In this document: piece after piece, positions 23,101-34,500 of the stretch
Layout of the letters: every line of letters starts with the position of its first letter
Numbering within the stretch: position 1 is the stretch's first letter
From: Nemertoderma westbladi
Taxonomy: Eukaryota > Animalia > Xenacoelomorpha
Length of the DNA stretch: 55,546 nt
NCBI GenBank assembly: GCA_032718475.1
Contig: JAUCBJ010001417.1
Span: forward strand, 1 to 55,546
Reading direction: 5' to 3'
Notes under the pieces: generated by a model
The model's input: only the letters and a program-made list of their open reading frames with translations
Database searches by the model: none
What the model was told of the DNA's origin: nothing
Translations under genes and position numbers: made by a program

Positions 23101-26100
23101 GTACTCGTCCCCACTAGTTCCGTACTCCTCCCAACTAGTTCCGTACTCCTCCCCACTAGTTCCGTACTCCTCCCCACTAGTTCCGTACTCCTCCCCACTA
23201 GTTCCGTACTCCTCCCAACTAGTTCCGTACTCCTCCCCACTAGTTCCGTACTCGTCCCCACTAGTTCCGTACTCCTCCCCACTAGTTCCGTACTCCTCCC
23301 AACTAGTTCCGTACTCCTCCCCACTAGTTCCGTACTCCTCCCCACTAGTTCCGTACTCCTCCCCACTAGTTCCGTACTCCTCCCAACTAGTTCCGTACTC
23401 CTCCCCACTAGTTCCGTACTCTTCCCCACTAGTTCCGTTCTCCTCCCCACTAGTTCCGTACTCCTCCCCACTAGTTCCGTACTCCTCCCCACTAGTTCCG
23501 TACTCCTCCAAACTAGTTCCGTACTCCTCCCAACTAGTTCCGTACTCCTCCCCACTAGTTCCGTACTCCTCCCCACTAGTTCCATACACTCATCCCCACT
23601 AGTTCCGTACTCCTCCCCACTAGTTCCGTACTCCTCCCCACTAGTTCCGTACTCCTACCCACTAGCTCCGTACTCCTCCCCACTAGTTCCGTACTCCTCC
23701 CCACTAGTTCCGTACTCCTCCCCACTAGTTCCGTACTCGTCCCCACTAGTTCCGTACTCCTCCCCACTAGTTCCGTACTCCTCCCCACTAGTTCCGTACT
23801 CCTCGCAACTAGTTCCGTACTCCTCCCCACTAGTTCCGTACTCCTCCCCACTAGTTACGTTCTCCTCCCCATTAGTTACGTACTCCTCCCCAACTAATTC
23901 CGTACTCCTCCCCACTAGTTCCGTACTCCTCCCCACTAGTTCTGTACTCCTCCCAACTAGTTCCGTACTCCTCCCCACTAGTTCCGTACTCCTCCCCACT
24001 AGTTCCGTACTCCTCCCAACTAGTTCCGTACTCCTCCCCACTAGTTCCGTACTCCTCCCAACTAGTTCCGTACTCTTCCCAACTAGTTCCGTACTCCTCC
24101 CAACTAGTTCCGTACTCCTCCCAACTAGTTCCGTACTCCTCCCCACTAGTTCCGTACTCCTCCCAACTAGTTCCGTACTCCTCCCCACTAGTTCCGTACT
24201 CCTCCCCACTAGTGTCGTTCTCCTCCCCACTAGTTCCGTACACTCATCCCCACTAGTTGCGTACTCCTCACCACTAGTTCCGTACTCCTCCCACTAGTCC
24301 CGTACTCGTCCCACTAGTTCCGTACTCTTCCCCACTAGTTCGTACTCCTCCCCACTAGTTCCGTACTCCTCCCCACTAGTTCCGTACTCCTCCCCACTAG
24401 TTCCGTACTCCTCCCCACTAGTTCCGTTCTCCTCCCCACTAGTTCCGTACTCCTCCCACTAGTCCCGTACTCGTCCCACTAGTTCCGTACTCTTCCCCAA
24501 CTAATTCCGTACTCCTCCCCACTAGTTCCGTACTCCTCCCCACTAGTTCTGTAATCCTCCCAACTAGTTCCGTACTCCTCCCCACTAGTTCCGTACTCCT
24601 CCCCACTAGTGCCGTACTCCTCCCAACTAGTTCCGTACTCCTCCCCACTAGTTCCGTACTCCTCCCAACTAGTTCCGTACTCTTCCCAACTAGTTCCGTA
24701 CTCCTCCCAACTAGTTCCGTACTCCTCCCAACTAGTTCCGTACTCCTCCCCGCTAGTTCCGTACTCCTCCCAACTAGTTCCGTACTCCTCCCCACTAGTT
24801 CCGTATCCTCCCCACTAGTTCCGTTCTCCTCCCCACTAGTTCCGTACACTCATCCCCACTAGTTGCGTACTCCTCACCACTAGTTCCGTACTCCTCCCAC
24901 TAGTCCCGTACTCGTCCCACTAGTTCCGTACTCCTCCCCACTAGTTCCGTACTCCTCCCCACTAGTTCCGTACTCCTCCCCACTAGTTCCGTTCTCCTCC
25001 CCACTAGTTCCGTACACTCATCCCCACTAGTTGCGTACTCCTCACCACTAGTTCCGTACTCCTCCCACTAGTTCCGTACTCTTCCCCACTAGTTCCGTAC
25101 TCCTCCCCACTAGTTCCGTACTCCTCCCCACTAGTTCCGTTCTCCTCCCCACTAGTTCCGTACTCTTCCCCACTAGTTCCGTACTCCTCCCCACTAGTTC
25201 CGTACTCCTCCCCACTAGTTCCGTTCTCCTCCCCACTAGTTCCGTACTCCTCCCCACTAGTTCCGTACTCCTCCCCACTAGTTCCGTTCTCCTCCCCACT
25301 AGTTCCGTACTCCTCCCCACTAGTTCCGTAATCCTCCCCACTAGCTCTGTTCTCCTCCCCACTAGTTCCGTTCTCTTCCCCACTAGTTCCGTACTCCTCC
25401 CCACTAGTTCCGTTCTCCTCCCCACTAGTTCCGTACTCCTCCCCACTAGTTCCGTTCTCCTCCCCACTAGTTCCGTACACTCATCCCCACTAGTTGCGTA
25501 CTCCTCACCACTAGTTCCGTACTCCTCCCACTAGTCCCGTACTCGTCCCACTAGTTCCGTACTCTTCCCCACTAGTTCCGTACTCCTCCCCACTAGTTCC
25601 GTACTCCTCCCCACTAGTTCCGTTCTCCTCCCAACTAGTTCCGTACTCTTCCCAAATAGTTCCGTACTCCTCCCAACTAGTTCCGTACTCCTCCCAACTA
25701 GTTCCGTACTCCTCCCCACTAGTCCCGTACTCCTCCCAACTAGTTCCGTACTCCTCCCCACTAGTTCCGTACTCCTCCCCACTAGTTCCGTTCTCCTCCC
25801 CACTAGTTCCGTACACTCATCCCCACTAGTTGCGTACTCCTCACCACTAGTTCCGTACTCCTCCCACTAGTTCCGTACTCATCCCCACTAGTTCCGTTCT
25901 CCTCCCCACTAGTTCCGTACACTCATCCCCACTAGTTGCGTACTCCTCACCACTAGTTCCGTACTCCTCCCACTAGTTCCGTACTCTTCCCCAGTAGTTC
26001 CGTACTCCTCCCCACTAGTTCCGTTCTCCTCCCCACTAGTTCCATACTCCTCCCCACTAGTTCCGTACTCCTCCCCACTAGTTCCATACACTCATCCCCA

Positions 26101-26365
26101 CTAGTTCCGTATTCCTCCCCACTAGTTCCGTTCTCCTCCCCACTAGTTCAGCACTCCTCCCCACTATTTCCGTACTCCTCCCCACTATTTCCGTACTCCT
26201 CCCCACTAGTTCCGTACTCCTCCCCACTAGTTCCGTACTCGTCCCCACTAGTTCCGTACTCCTCCCCACTAGTTCCGTACTCCTCCCCACTAGTTCCGTA
26301 CTCCTCCCCACTAGTTCCGTACTCGTCCCCACTAGTTCCGTACTCCTCCCCACTAGTTCCGTACT
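20145..26365. repeat. 21-bp satellite array, segment 1 (consensus CTAGTTCCGTACTCCTCCCCA)
   Basis: Continuous head-to-tail units with 20-, 22- and 23-bp variants. Confidence 0.99.
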
Positions 26366-26614
26366 TGTAGTAAAGTAATAATATATCAGCATATCTGGCT
26401 GTATAATATATAAGTGCCAACGTACAGAAGTGCAAATGTATCCCGGTAATGCATGCAGTACTGATGCATGCAGTACGGAGATATACCCCAGGCCAAACTA
26501 TATAATAATACCGTAATACTGCAGTTTGTGGTGAGTCCTATATATCAGTAGTCCCATGGCCTATGTATATGGGGCGAGCCATATAATATAGTCTGAAGTC
26601 CTGATGTCACTACA
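26366..26614 (-). repeat. 3' LTR of element A
   Basis: TGTAGT...ACTACA; adjacent PPT at 26615-26623. Confidence 0.97.
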
Positions 26615-26641
26615 CCCCCCTTCGAGCTCGTGTGTAGCGAG

Positions 26642-29600
26642 TTATAAACGCACAGGTGGTTTTCTGCGCCTAGAGGGATATCTGCGGGGTTGTGCTGGGC
26701 TCGTGTGGGCTTGGACCAGCTGGTGGTCCCATGTGACAGTTTTAGATGGCCGGGATGAGTCAATGTCTGCCGCGGCCGCTGGTGTATTGGCCAGGAGTTT
26801 GGCATCGCCGGAAGACCCTGGGAAGGAGGTGTCACGGAGTAGGAACCGACGATTCCGGGTGATGGTGCGGCCGGAGGGGGTCCGGACCGTGAGTTTCCGG
26901 TGGGGTCCAGTCTCTACAACCGTACCCTTGCGGTTCCACCGCTTGGTACGGGGGTCCTGGATGAGGACCGGGTCGCTGACAGCAAGGGGAGGAAGGTTGT
27001 GAGCCGCTTTATTGTAGTTGGTGACTCGGGCAGCGTGTAACGCTGGGGAGACCTCGTCCAGGCGCCGCCTAGCGGCCTGGTGGTCTGATTTGAAGGCACT
27101 ATGGTGCGCGGGAATGCGTGTTCGTAGTGGGTGCCCGTAAAGGATCTGGGACGGCGAGAATCCGCTCTCACGTGGGCTGTTACGGAGGGCCAGGAGACCC
27201 TCAGTGAAAGCTGCCGAATTTGGGGACCCTCCCGTTTTGCTGAGGAGGCCTTTGAGGGCCTTTACCGTGGCTTCAGCATGACCATTACCCTGGGGGTATT
27301 CCGCAGATGAGGTAACCGGGGTAACGCCCCACTCACGTAGGAAGTCGGTAGTTGTGGCGGCTGTGAGTGGTGTTCCGCCGTCTGAGCGGAGCCGGGTAGG
27401 GATGCCGTATCGAATAAACCACTGGCGGAGGGCGTTGGTGGTTTGAATGGCATTTGGAGGACTTGGGAAGGTATATAGCTCCGGCCAGCCACTGTAGCGG
27501 TCCGCCATAGCGAGGAAGTGGCGACCATTGAGGGAGAAGAAGTCTGCAGAGACGTCCTCGAACACGCGGGTGGGTGGGGGTTCCTCCAGGAATGGTTCTT
27601 TGGGGGGGGTCGCCCGGTGACGTAAACAGGATGGGCAGCTGGCCACTGATGTCCTGACGTCATTGGTGAGCCCGTGCCAGTAGACGCACTGCCGGGCTCG
27701 TCGCAGCGATTTATCAACGCCTTGGTGAGGAGTGTGGAGGCGTTCCAGAGTAGTCTGGTGTGCTGCTGCGGGGATAATAAGACGCTGGCCGTAGAGAACT
27801 AGGTCACCGTCTGTGGTGAGTGACTCTCGAATCGACCAATAAATGCCCATTGCGGGGTCATTACGCGAAGTGGGGGGGAAACCGGTCTGAACCGCGGTGT
27901 GGAGAGCCACATAGTGTGGGTCCTCCCTGGCAACCACTGAAAGTTCTGCGAGGACAGGGTCCTCCAGATGGTCGTCCCCGGCGAAGGAGGAGACGGTACC
28001 GAGAGTGACGGTGCGGAGGTGGAAAGCGGTTTCACCATCTTCCACAAGGTCCGCAGTGGTGGGCTGGTCCACGGGGGAACGTGACAGCGCATCGGGAATG
28101 GCATGGTCCTTGCCGCGGCACCACGTGGTGGTGAAAATGTAGGGGGCGAGTTTCGACTTTAGCCGTTGTATGCGGGAGTTGTCGACGTCGCTGTAACCTT
28201 TGGTGTTAAGAATGCTCACCAATGGCTGGTGGTCGGTGACCAGCTGAAAGTGTGGGAGCCCGAGGAGGAAAGTGCGGCATTTGGTAACCGCCCAGACAAC
28301 GGCCAAGAGTTCGAGTTCGATTGTGGCGTACCGTGACTCGGTGTCGCTTGTGAAGCGGGATCCACATTCGATAAGTTTCCACTCGGTATCGTGGAGTTGT
28401 AGGAACGCGTAGCCCAGTCCTTTGAGGCGGGAAGCGTCCGTAACAAGGCGAGTTTCGTGTGATGTGTCGAATGGAGCCAGGACTGGAGGCGAAGTGAGAG
28501 CGTTTTTGGTCGCGACAAATGCTCGTTCATGGTCGCTGGTCCATATGTATTGAGATTTAATGCTGAGGAGTGGTCGGAGTGGGAGTATTGACTCGGCAAT
28601 GGATGCGGAGAACGGAGCCAATTGCTCCACAAGGCCCACAAAGCTCCGCAGGTCAGTGAGATTATCCGGTCGTGGAAAGCAGGCGATGGCCTTGAGTTTG
28701 TTCGGATCAGCGCGGATGCCGTCGGCCCCAACTAGGAAGCCACCGAACTTGACTTCGTGTTGAGCGAGTTGCACTTTAGCGGGGTGTAGACAGATACCGC
28801 TGGTCCGGCATCGCTCGAGGAATCGCTGGATACTATTGAGGTGTTCCTCCAGTGTATTGTCAAATAGAAGAACGTCGTCAACTATTTTAACCATCCGCGG
28901 AAGTCCTCGGAGCGCGTCGTCGCCCCGGCGGTTGAACTCGTCCCCGGACGAGATTAGGCCCATTACACTGCGGAGGTGTTTATACCGGCCCCATGGAGTG
29001 AGGAATGTGGTAAGCGCCTGGGATTCCTCGTCCAAGGGCACCTGCCAATATCCATGGGCGGCATCGAAAACGGAGAAATATCGCGCAGTACTGGCGACCT
29101 CCGCGACAGCAATTCGTGGATTTGGCATCGGGTAAAATGGTCGCTTTACCTGGGAGTTCAGGTGACGGAGGTCCACACACAACCGTAATTTCCCGCTAGG
29201 TTTCCGTGCGACTGTTAGCGGGTGAGCCCAATCGGTGGGTTCATCCACCCGCTGGATGACTCTCCGGCGTTCGAGGTCGTCCAGTAGAACCTTAACCTCG
29301 TTTCGGAGTGCGAAAGGGATCGGTCGGACGCCGTTAACGTGGTAAGGTGTGGCGCCATCCTTGAGATCGATGTGCATTGGGGGTCCAGGGATAGTGGAGA
29401 GAGGGACGGCCTCGTCGTCGAACACATCCGCAAACTTATCAAGGAGTATGGTTGGGTTTAGCACCGGTCCGGATTGTGGTGCATGTGGAGTGGCGGTGGC
29501 TGGTTTGGCAGCCTGGATGTGGGACGCTAAGTTCCATCTGGCGGAATGATTGTGACCTCGCGAGTTCGGTGTAGGAAAGTTGGACGGGAGAATCCCTAAG

Positions 29601-31228
29601 TCCATGCACACCGCCTTACTAAGGATTAATCCTTCAGTTTCTGGGGAGATTACGATTTCCGTCGTTGTTCGTGATTCTCCGCATTTGATAGTGGCCGGGT
29701 AGCGGCCTCTTGTTTGGATGGGCAGTCCGTCTGCTGCCACCAAATCTAGGTCCGAGGAGGGAAGCAGAGATGTGTTGAGGCCCCCCAACTTGTGATAAAG
29801 ATCCTCGTTGAGGATTGAAGCAGCCGCGCCGCTGTCCGGTAGCGCGCGGTGAATGGTACCCAGAATGTCACCGGTTCCGGATTTGGACAGACCCACAGAA
29901 ACGTAGTCCAGTTGGCAAACGGCAGCCCGGTACTGGAGGTGATTCACGGAATTGCGGGGGAGAACTGTATGTGTTTTTGCATTTTTGGGAATGGATCCGC
30001 CGGACCTGCATACGGTGTGGAAGTGCCCGATCTTCCCGCATCGATGACATTCGATATCGCGGGCAGGGCAGGAAGCCCTGTTGGGGGCATGTGGGTGGCC
30101 GCAATTGCCACAGTTTTTGCGGCGGTCCCCGCTGGGGGTTTGGTTTCTCCTGTATTGTTGTTGACCCGCTGAGGAGCCGGGTTTCTGGTATCCAGGATTA
30201 GGATTTCCATTACGCATAGGGGAGCGACCCCGCTGTTGTTGGTACCGTGAAACTTTGGCGATGGAGCGGGTACCACCCAGGATGGACTGGTTTTTTCCGC
30301 TGGCCTCCCAACTCTGGCATATTTTTATGCAGTCCTCGAGGGTGGGTTGGGGAAGTACCTTCAACAGTTCGGTTTGGGTTTCAGCGGAATTTAGTCCGAC
30401 CAGAATCTGTGTCACGATTTGGTTTTCTCTGCAGTGGTTGCAGAGTTCGGCGTTATCCGCTAATTCCACCAACGAGACGTGGAACGCGTCAAAGGGTTCC
30501 TGGGGCCCCTGTCGACGTTTGTGGAATGCGAGGCGGTCCAAGGCGATGCTCCGTTTGGAGCGGAGGTGGGCCTGCAGTCCATCGAGAATTCGTTCGGTGG
30601 TTGTATCGACGCTGTTCAGGTCGATGTGGAGGGTGACTGACACGACCTCCTGTAGGTCAGAACCGAGGGCAGAGATAAGGGCGTAAACTTGCTCCCCACG
30701 CGGGTAAGTTTCCGCCTGCTGGCGACGTCCATTAACATCCCAGCTTTTCCGCCAACGGCGGAAAGCGGGCAGGTCGACGGTAGTGTCGAGTCTGTCAAGG
30801 GTTGTGACGTCGATGAGACGCCGTCGGTTTACCGGTGCAGCGGCGGCGGCTGCTCCGGCGGCAGGTTCAACTGCTGGATCAACTGGGTTAGGGCGACCCA
30901 GTTGTGCAAGGAGGTCCATTAACCGGGCGTCGGATCGGGCCTGTTGCTCCGCCATGCGGACCTTGGTCTGCTCGAGAACCGCAGCCAGGCGAGCATCCGA
31001 GTCCGCCTGTTGTTTAGCGAGGATCATCGCGAAATCCGGAGTACGTGGGACCGTGGGGGTGTCTTCCGATATTGTTGCGATTAAACGTTTGCGGAGGTTT
31101 AGGGTGGAAGTTCGGCCGTCGTAATGAACTCCGGCGTCAGCACAATACTGTAGCAGCGACTGACGGTCCAGCTGCTGTATTTACTCCGGGGTGAGGTCCA
31201 GCCATTCGGTGTCGCCGGCGACCGACAT
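26642..31228 (-). CDS. Gag-Pol polyprotein of element A (probable ATG at 31228; TAA at codon 16; open frame resumes, next ATG at 31027)
   Basis: Two Cys/His knuckles (CHRCGKIGHFHTVC), protease LPDSGA, RT DAAHGYWQV and IVDD, RNase H TDAS/ELE/TDH, integrase H..H..CPSC, ADFF, SDGG, NGHAE. Confidence 0.95.
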
Positions 31229-31278
31229 CGTATCAGCTGCTGGAGTCTATATTGATCCCCGGCGGATCGTAGATAGAG

Positions 31279-31293
31279 CTACTCGCAGCGCCA
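31279..31293 (-). promoter_or_regulatory. Primer-binding site of element A (probably tRNA-Ser)
   Basis: TGGCGCTGCGAGTAG directly after the 5' LTR; TGGCG(C/T) start matches the 3' end of eukaryotic Ser tRNAs (from recall). Confidence 0.75.
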
Positions 31294-31542
31294 TGTAGTA
31301 AAGTAATAATATATCAGCATATCTGGCTGTATAATATATAAGTGCCAACGTACAGAAGTGCAAATGTATCCCGGTAATGCATGCAGTACTGATGCATGCA
31401 GTACGGAGATATACCCCAGGCCAAACTATATAATAATACCGTAATACTGCAGTTTGTGGTGAGTCCTATATATCAGTAGTCCCATGGCCTATGTATATGG
31501 GGCGAGCCATATAATATAGTCTGAAGTCCTGATGTCACTACA
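31294..31542 (-). repeat. 5' LTR of element A
   Basis: Same 249-bp sequence as 26366-26614. Confidence 0.97.
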
Positions 31543-34500
31543 GTACTCCTCCCAACTAGTTCCGTACTCCTCCCCACTAGTTCCGTACTCCTCCCCACTA
31601 GTTCCGTACTCCTCCCCACTAGTTCCGTACTCCTCCCCACTAGTTCCGTACTCCTCCCCACTAGTTCCGTTCTCCTCCCCACTAGTTCCGTACACTCATC
31701 CCCACTAGTTGCGTACTCCTCCCCACTAGTTCCGTTCTCCTCCCCACTAGTTCCGTACACTCATCCCCACTAGTTGCGTACTCCTCCCCACTAGTTCCGT
31801 ACACTCATCCCCACTAGTTCCGTTCTCCTCCCCACTAGTTCCGTACACTCATCCCCACTAGTTCCGTACTCCTCACCACTAGTTCCGTACTCCTCACCAC
31901 TAGTTCCGTACTCCTCCCACTAGTCCCGTACTCGTCCCACTAGTTCCGTACTCTTCCCCAACTAATTCCGTACTCCTCCCCACTAGTTCCGTACTCCTCC
32001 CCACTAGTTCTGTACTCCTCCCAACTAGTTCCGTACTCCTCCCCACTAGTTCCGTACTCCTCCCCACTAGTGCCGTACTCCTCCCAACTAGTTCCGTACT
32101 CCTCCCCACTAGTTCCGTACTCCTCCCAACTAGTTCCGTACTCTTCCCAACTAGTTCCGTACTCCTCCCAACTAGTTCCGTACTCCTCCCAACTAGTTCC
32201 GTACTCCTCCCCACTAGTTCCGTACTCCTCCCAACTAGTTCCGTACTCCTCCCCACTAGTTCCGTACTCCTCCCCACTAGTTCCGTTCTCCTCCCCACTA
32301 GTTCCGTACACTCATCCCCACTAGTTGCGTACTCCTCACCACTAGTTCCGTACTCCTCCCACTAGTCCCGTACTCGTCCCACTAGTTCCGTACTCTTCCC
32401 CACTAGTTCCGTACTCCTCCCCACTAGTTCCGTACTCCTCCCCACTAGTTCCGTACTCCTCCCCACTAGTTCCGTTCTCCTCCCCACTAGTTCCGTACTC
32501 TTCCCAACTAGTTCCGTACTCCTCCCAACTAGTTCCGTACTCCTCCCCACTAGTTCCGTACTCCTCCCCACTAGTTCCGTACTCCTCCCCACTAGTTACG
32601 TACTCCTCCCCACTAGTTCCGTTCTCCTCCCCACTAGTTCCGTACTCTTCCCAACTAGTTCCGTACTCCTCCCAACTAGTTCCGTACTCCTCCCCACTAG
32701 TTCCGTACTCCTCCCCACTAGTTCCGTACTCCTCCCCACTAGTTCCGTACTCCTCCCCACTAGTTCCGTTCTCCTCCCCACTAGTTCCGTACTCCTCCCC
32801 ACTAGTTCCGTACTCCTCCCCACTAGTTCCGTTCTCCTCCCCACTAGTTCCGTACTCTTCCCAACTAGTTCTGTACTCTTCCCAACTAGTTCCGTACTCC
32901 TCCCAACTAGTTCCGTACTCCTCCCAACTAGTTCCGTACTCCTCCCCACTAGTTCCGTACTCCTCCCAACTAGTTCCGTACTCCTCCCCACTAGTTCCGT
33001 ACTCCTCCCCACTAGTTCCGTTCTCCTCCCCACTAGTTGCGTACTCCTCCCCACTAGTTCCGTACTCCTCCCCACTAGTTCCGTACTCCTCCCCACTAGT
33101 TCCGTACTCCTCCCAACTAGTTCCGTACTCCTCACCACTAGTTCCGTACTCCTCACCACTAGTTCCGTACTCCTCCCACTAGTCCCGTACTCTTCCCACT
33201 AGTTCCGTACTCTTCCCCAACTAATTCCGTACTCCTCCCCACTAGTTCCGTACTCCTCCCCACTAGTTCTGTACTCCTCCCAACTAGTTCCGCACTCCTC
33301 CCCACTAGTTCCGTACTCCTCCCCACTTGTGCCGTACTCCTCCCAACTAGTTCCGTACTCCTCCCCACTAGTTCCGTACTCCTCCCAACTAGTTCCGTAC
33401 TCTTCCCAACTAGTTCCGTACTCCTCCCAACTAGTTCCGTACTCCTCCCAACTAGTTCCGTACTCCTCCCCACTAGTTCCGTACTCCTCCCAACTAGTTC
33501 CGTACTCCTCCCCACTAGTTCCGTACTCCTCCCCACTAGTTCCGTTCTCCTCCCCACTAGTTCCGTACACTCATCCCCACTAGTTGCGTACTCCTCACCA
33601 CTAGTTCCGTACTCCTCCCACTAGTCCCGTACTCGTCCCACTAGTTCCGTACTCTTCCCCACTAGTTTTGTACTCCTCCCCACTAGTTCTGTACTCCTCC
33701 CCACTAGTTCCGTACTCCTCCCCACTAGTTCCGTTCTCCTCCCCACTAGTTCCGTACTCTTCCCAACTAGTTCCGTACTCCTCCCAACTAGTTCCGTACT
33801 CCTCCCCACTAGTTCCGTACTCCTCCCCACTAGTTCCGTACTCCTCCCCACTAGTTCCGTACTCCTCCCCACTAGTTCCGTTCTCCTCCCCACTAGTTCC
33901 GTACTCTTCCCAACTAGTTCCGTACTCCTCCCAACTAGTTCCGTACTCCTCCCCACTAGTTCCGTACTCCTCCCCACTAGTTCCGTACTCCTCCCCACTA
34001 GTTCCGTACTCCTCCCCACTAGTTCCGTACTCCTCCCAACTAGTTCCGTACTCCTCACCACTAGTTCCGTACTCCTCACCACTAGTTCCGTACTCCTCCC
34101 ACTAGTCCCGTACTCTTCCCACTAGTTCCGTACTCTTCCCCAACTAATTCCGTACTCCTCCCCACTAGTTCCGTACTCCTCCCCACTAGTTCTGTACTCC
34201 TCCCAACTAGTTCCGCACTCCTCCCCACTAGTTCCGTACTCCTCCCCACTTGTGCCGTACTCCTCCCAACTAGTTCCGTACTCCTCCCCACTAGTTCCGT
34301 ACTCCTCCCAACTAGTTCCGTACTCTTCCCAACTAGTTCCGTACTCCTCCCAACTAGTTCCGTACTCCTCCCAACTAGTTCCGTACTCCTCCCCACTAGT
34401 TCCGTACTCCTCCCAACTAGTTCCGTACTCCTCCCCACTAGTTCCGTACTCCTCCCCACTAGTTCCGTTCTCCTCCCCACTAGTTCCGTACACTCATCCC

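Larger units (their letters stand above)
26366..31542 (-). mobile_element. Full-length Ty3/Gypsy (Mag-like) LTR retrotransposon A, 5177 bp
   Basis: Two 249-bp TG..CA LTRs, identical by eye; 5-bp TSD GTACT (26361-26365, 31543-31547); PBS TGGCGCTGCGAG; PPT GAAGGGGGG; single gag-pol frame. Confidence 0.98.

Noticed and set aside
26545-31124. Many short overlapping ORFs inside element A (and similarly inside B)
   Set aside because: Alternative-frame or antisense shadows of GC-rich gag-pol; no env or extra gene fits between pol and the 3' LTR
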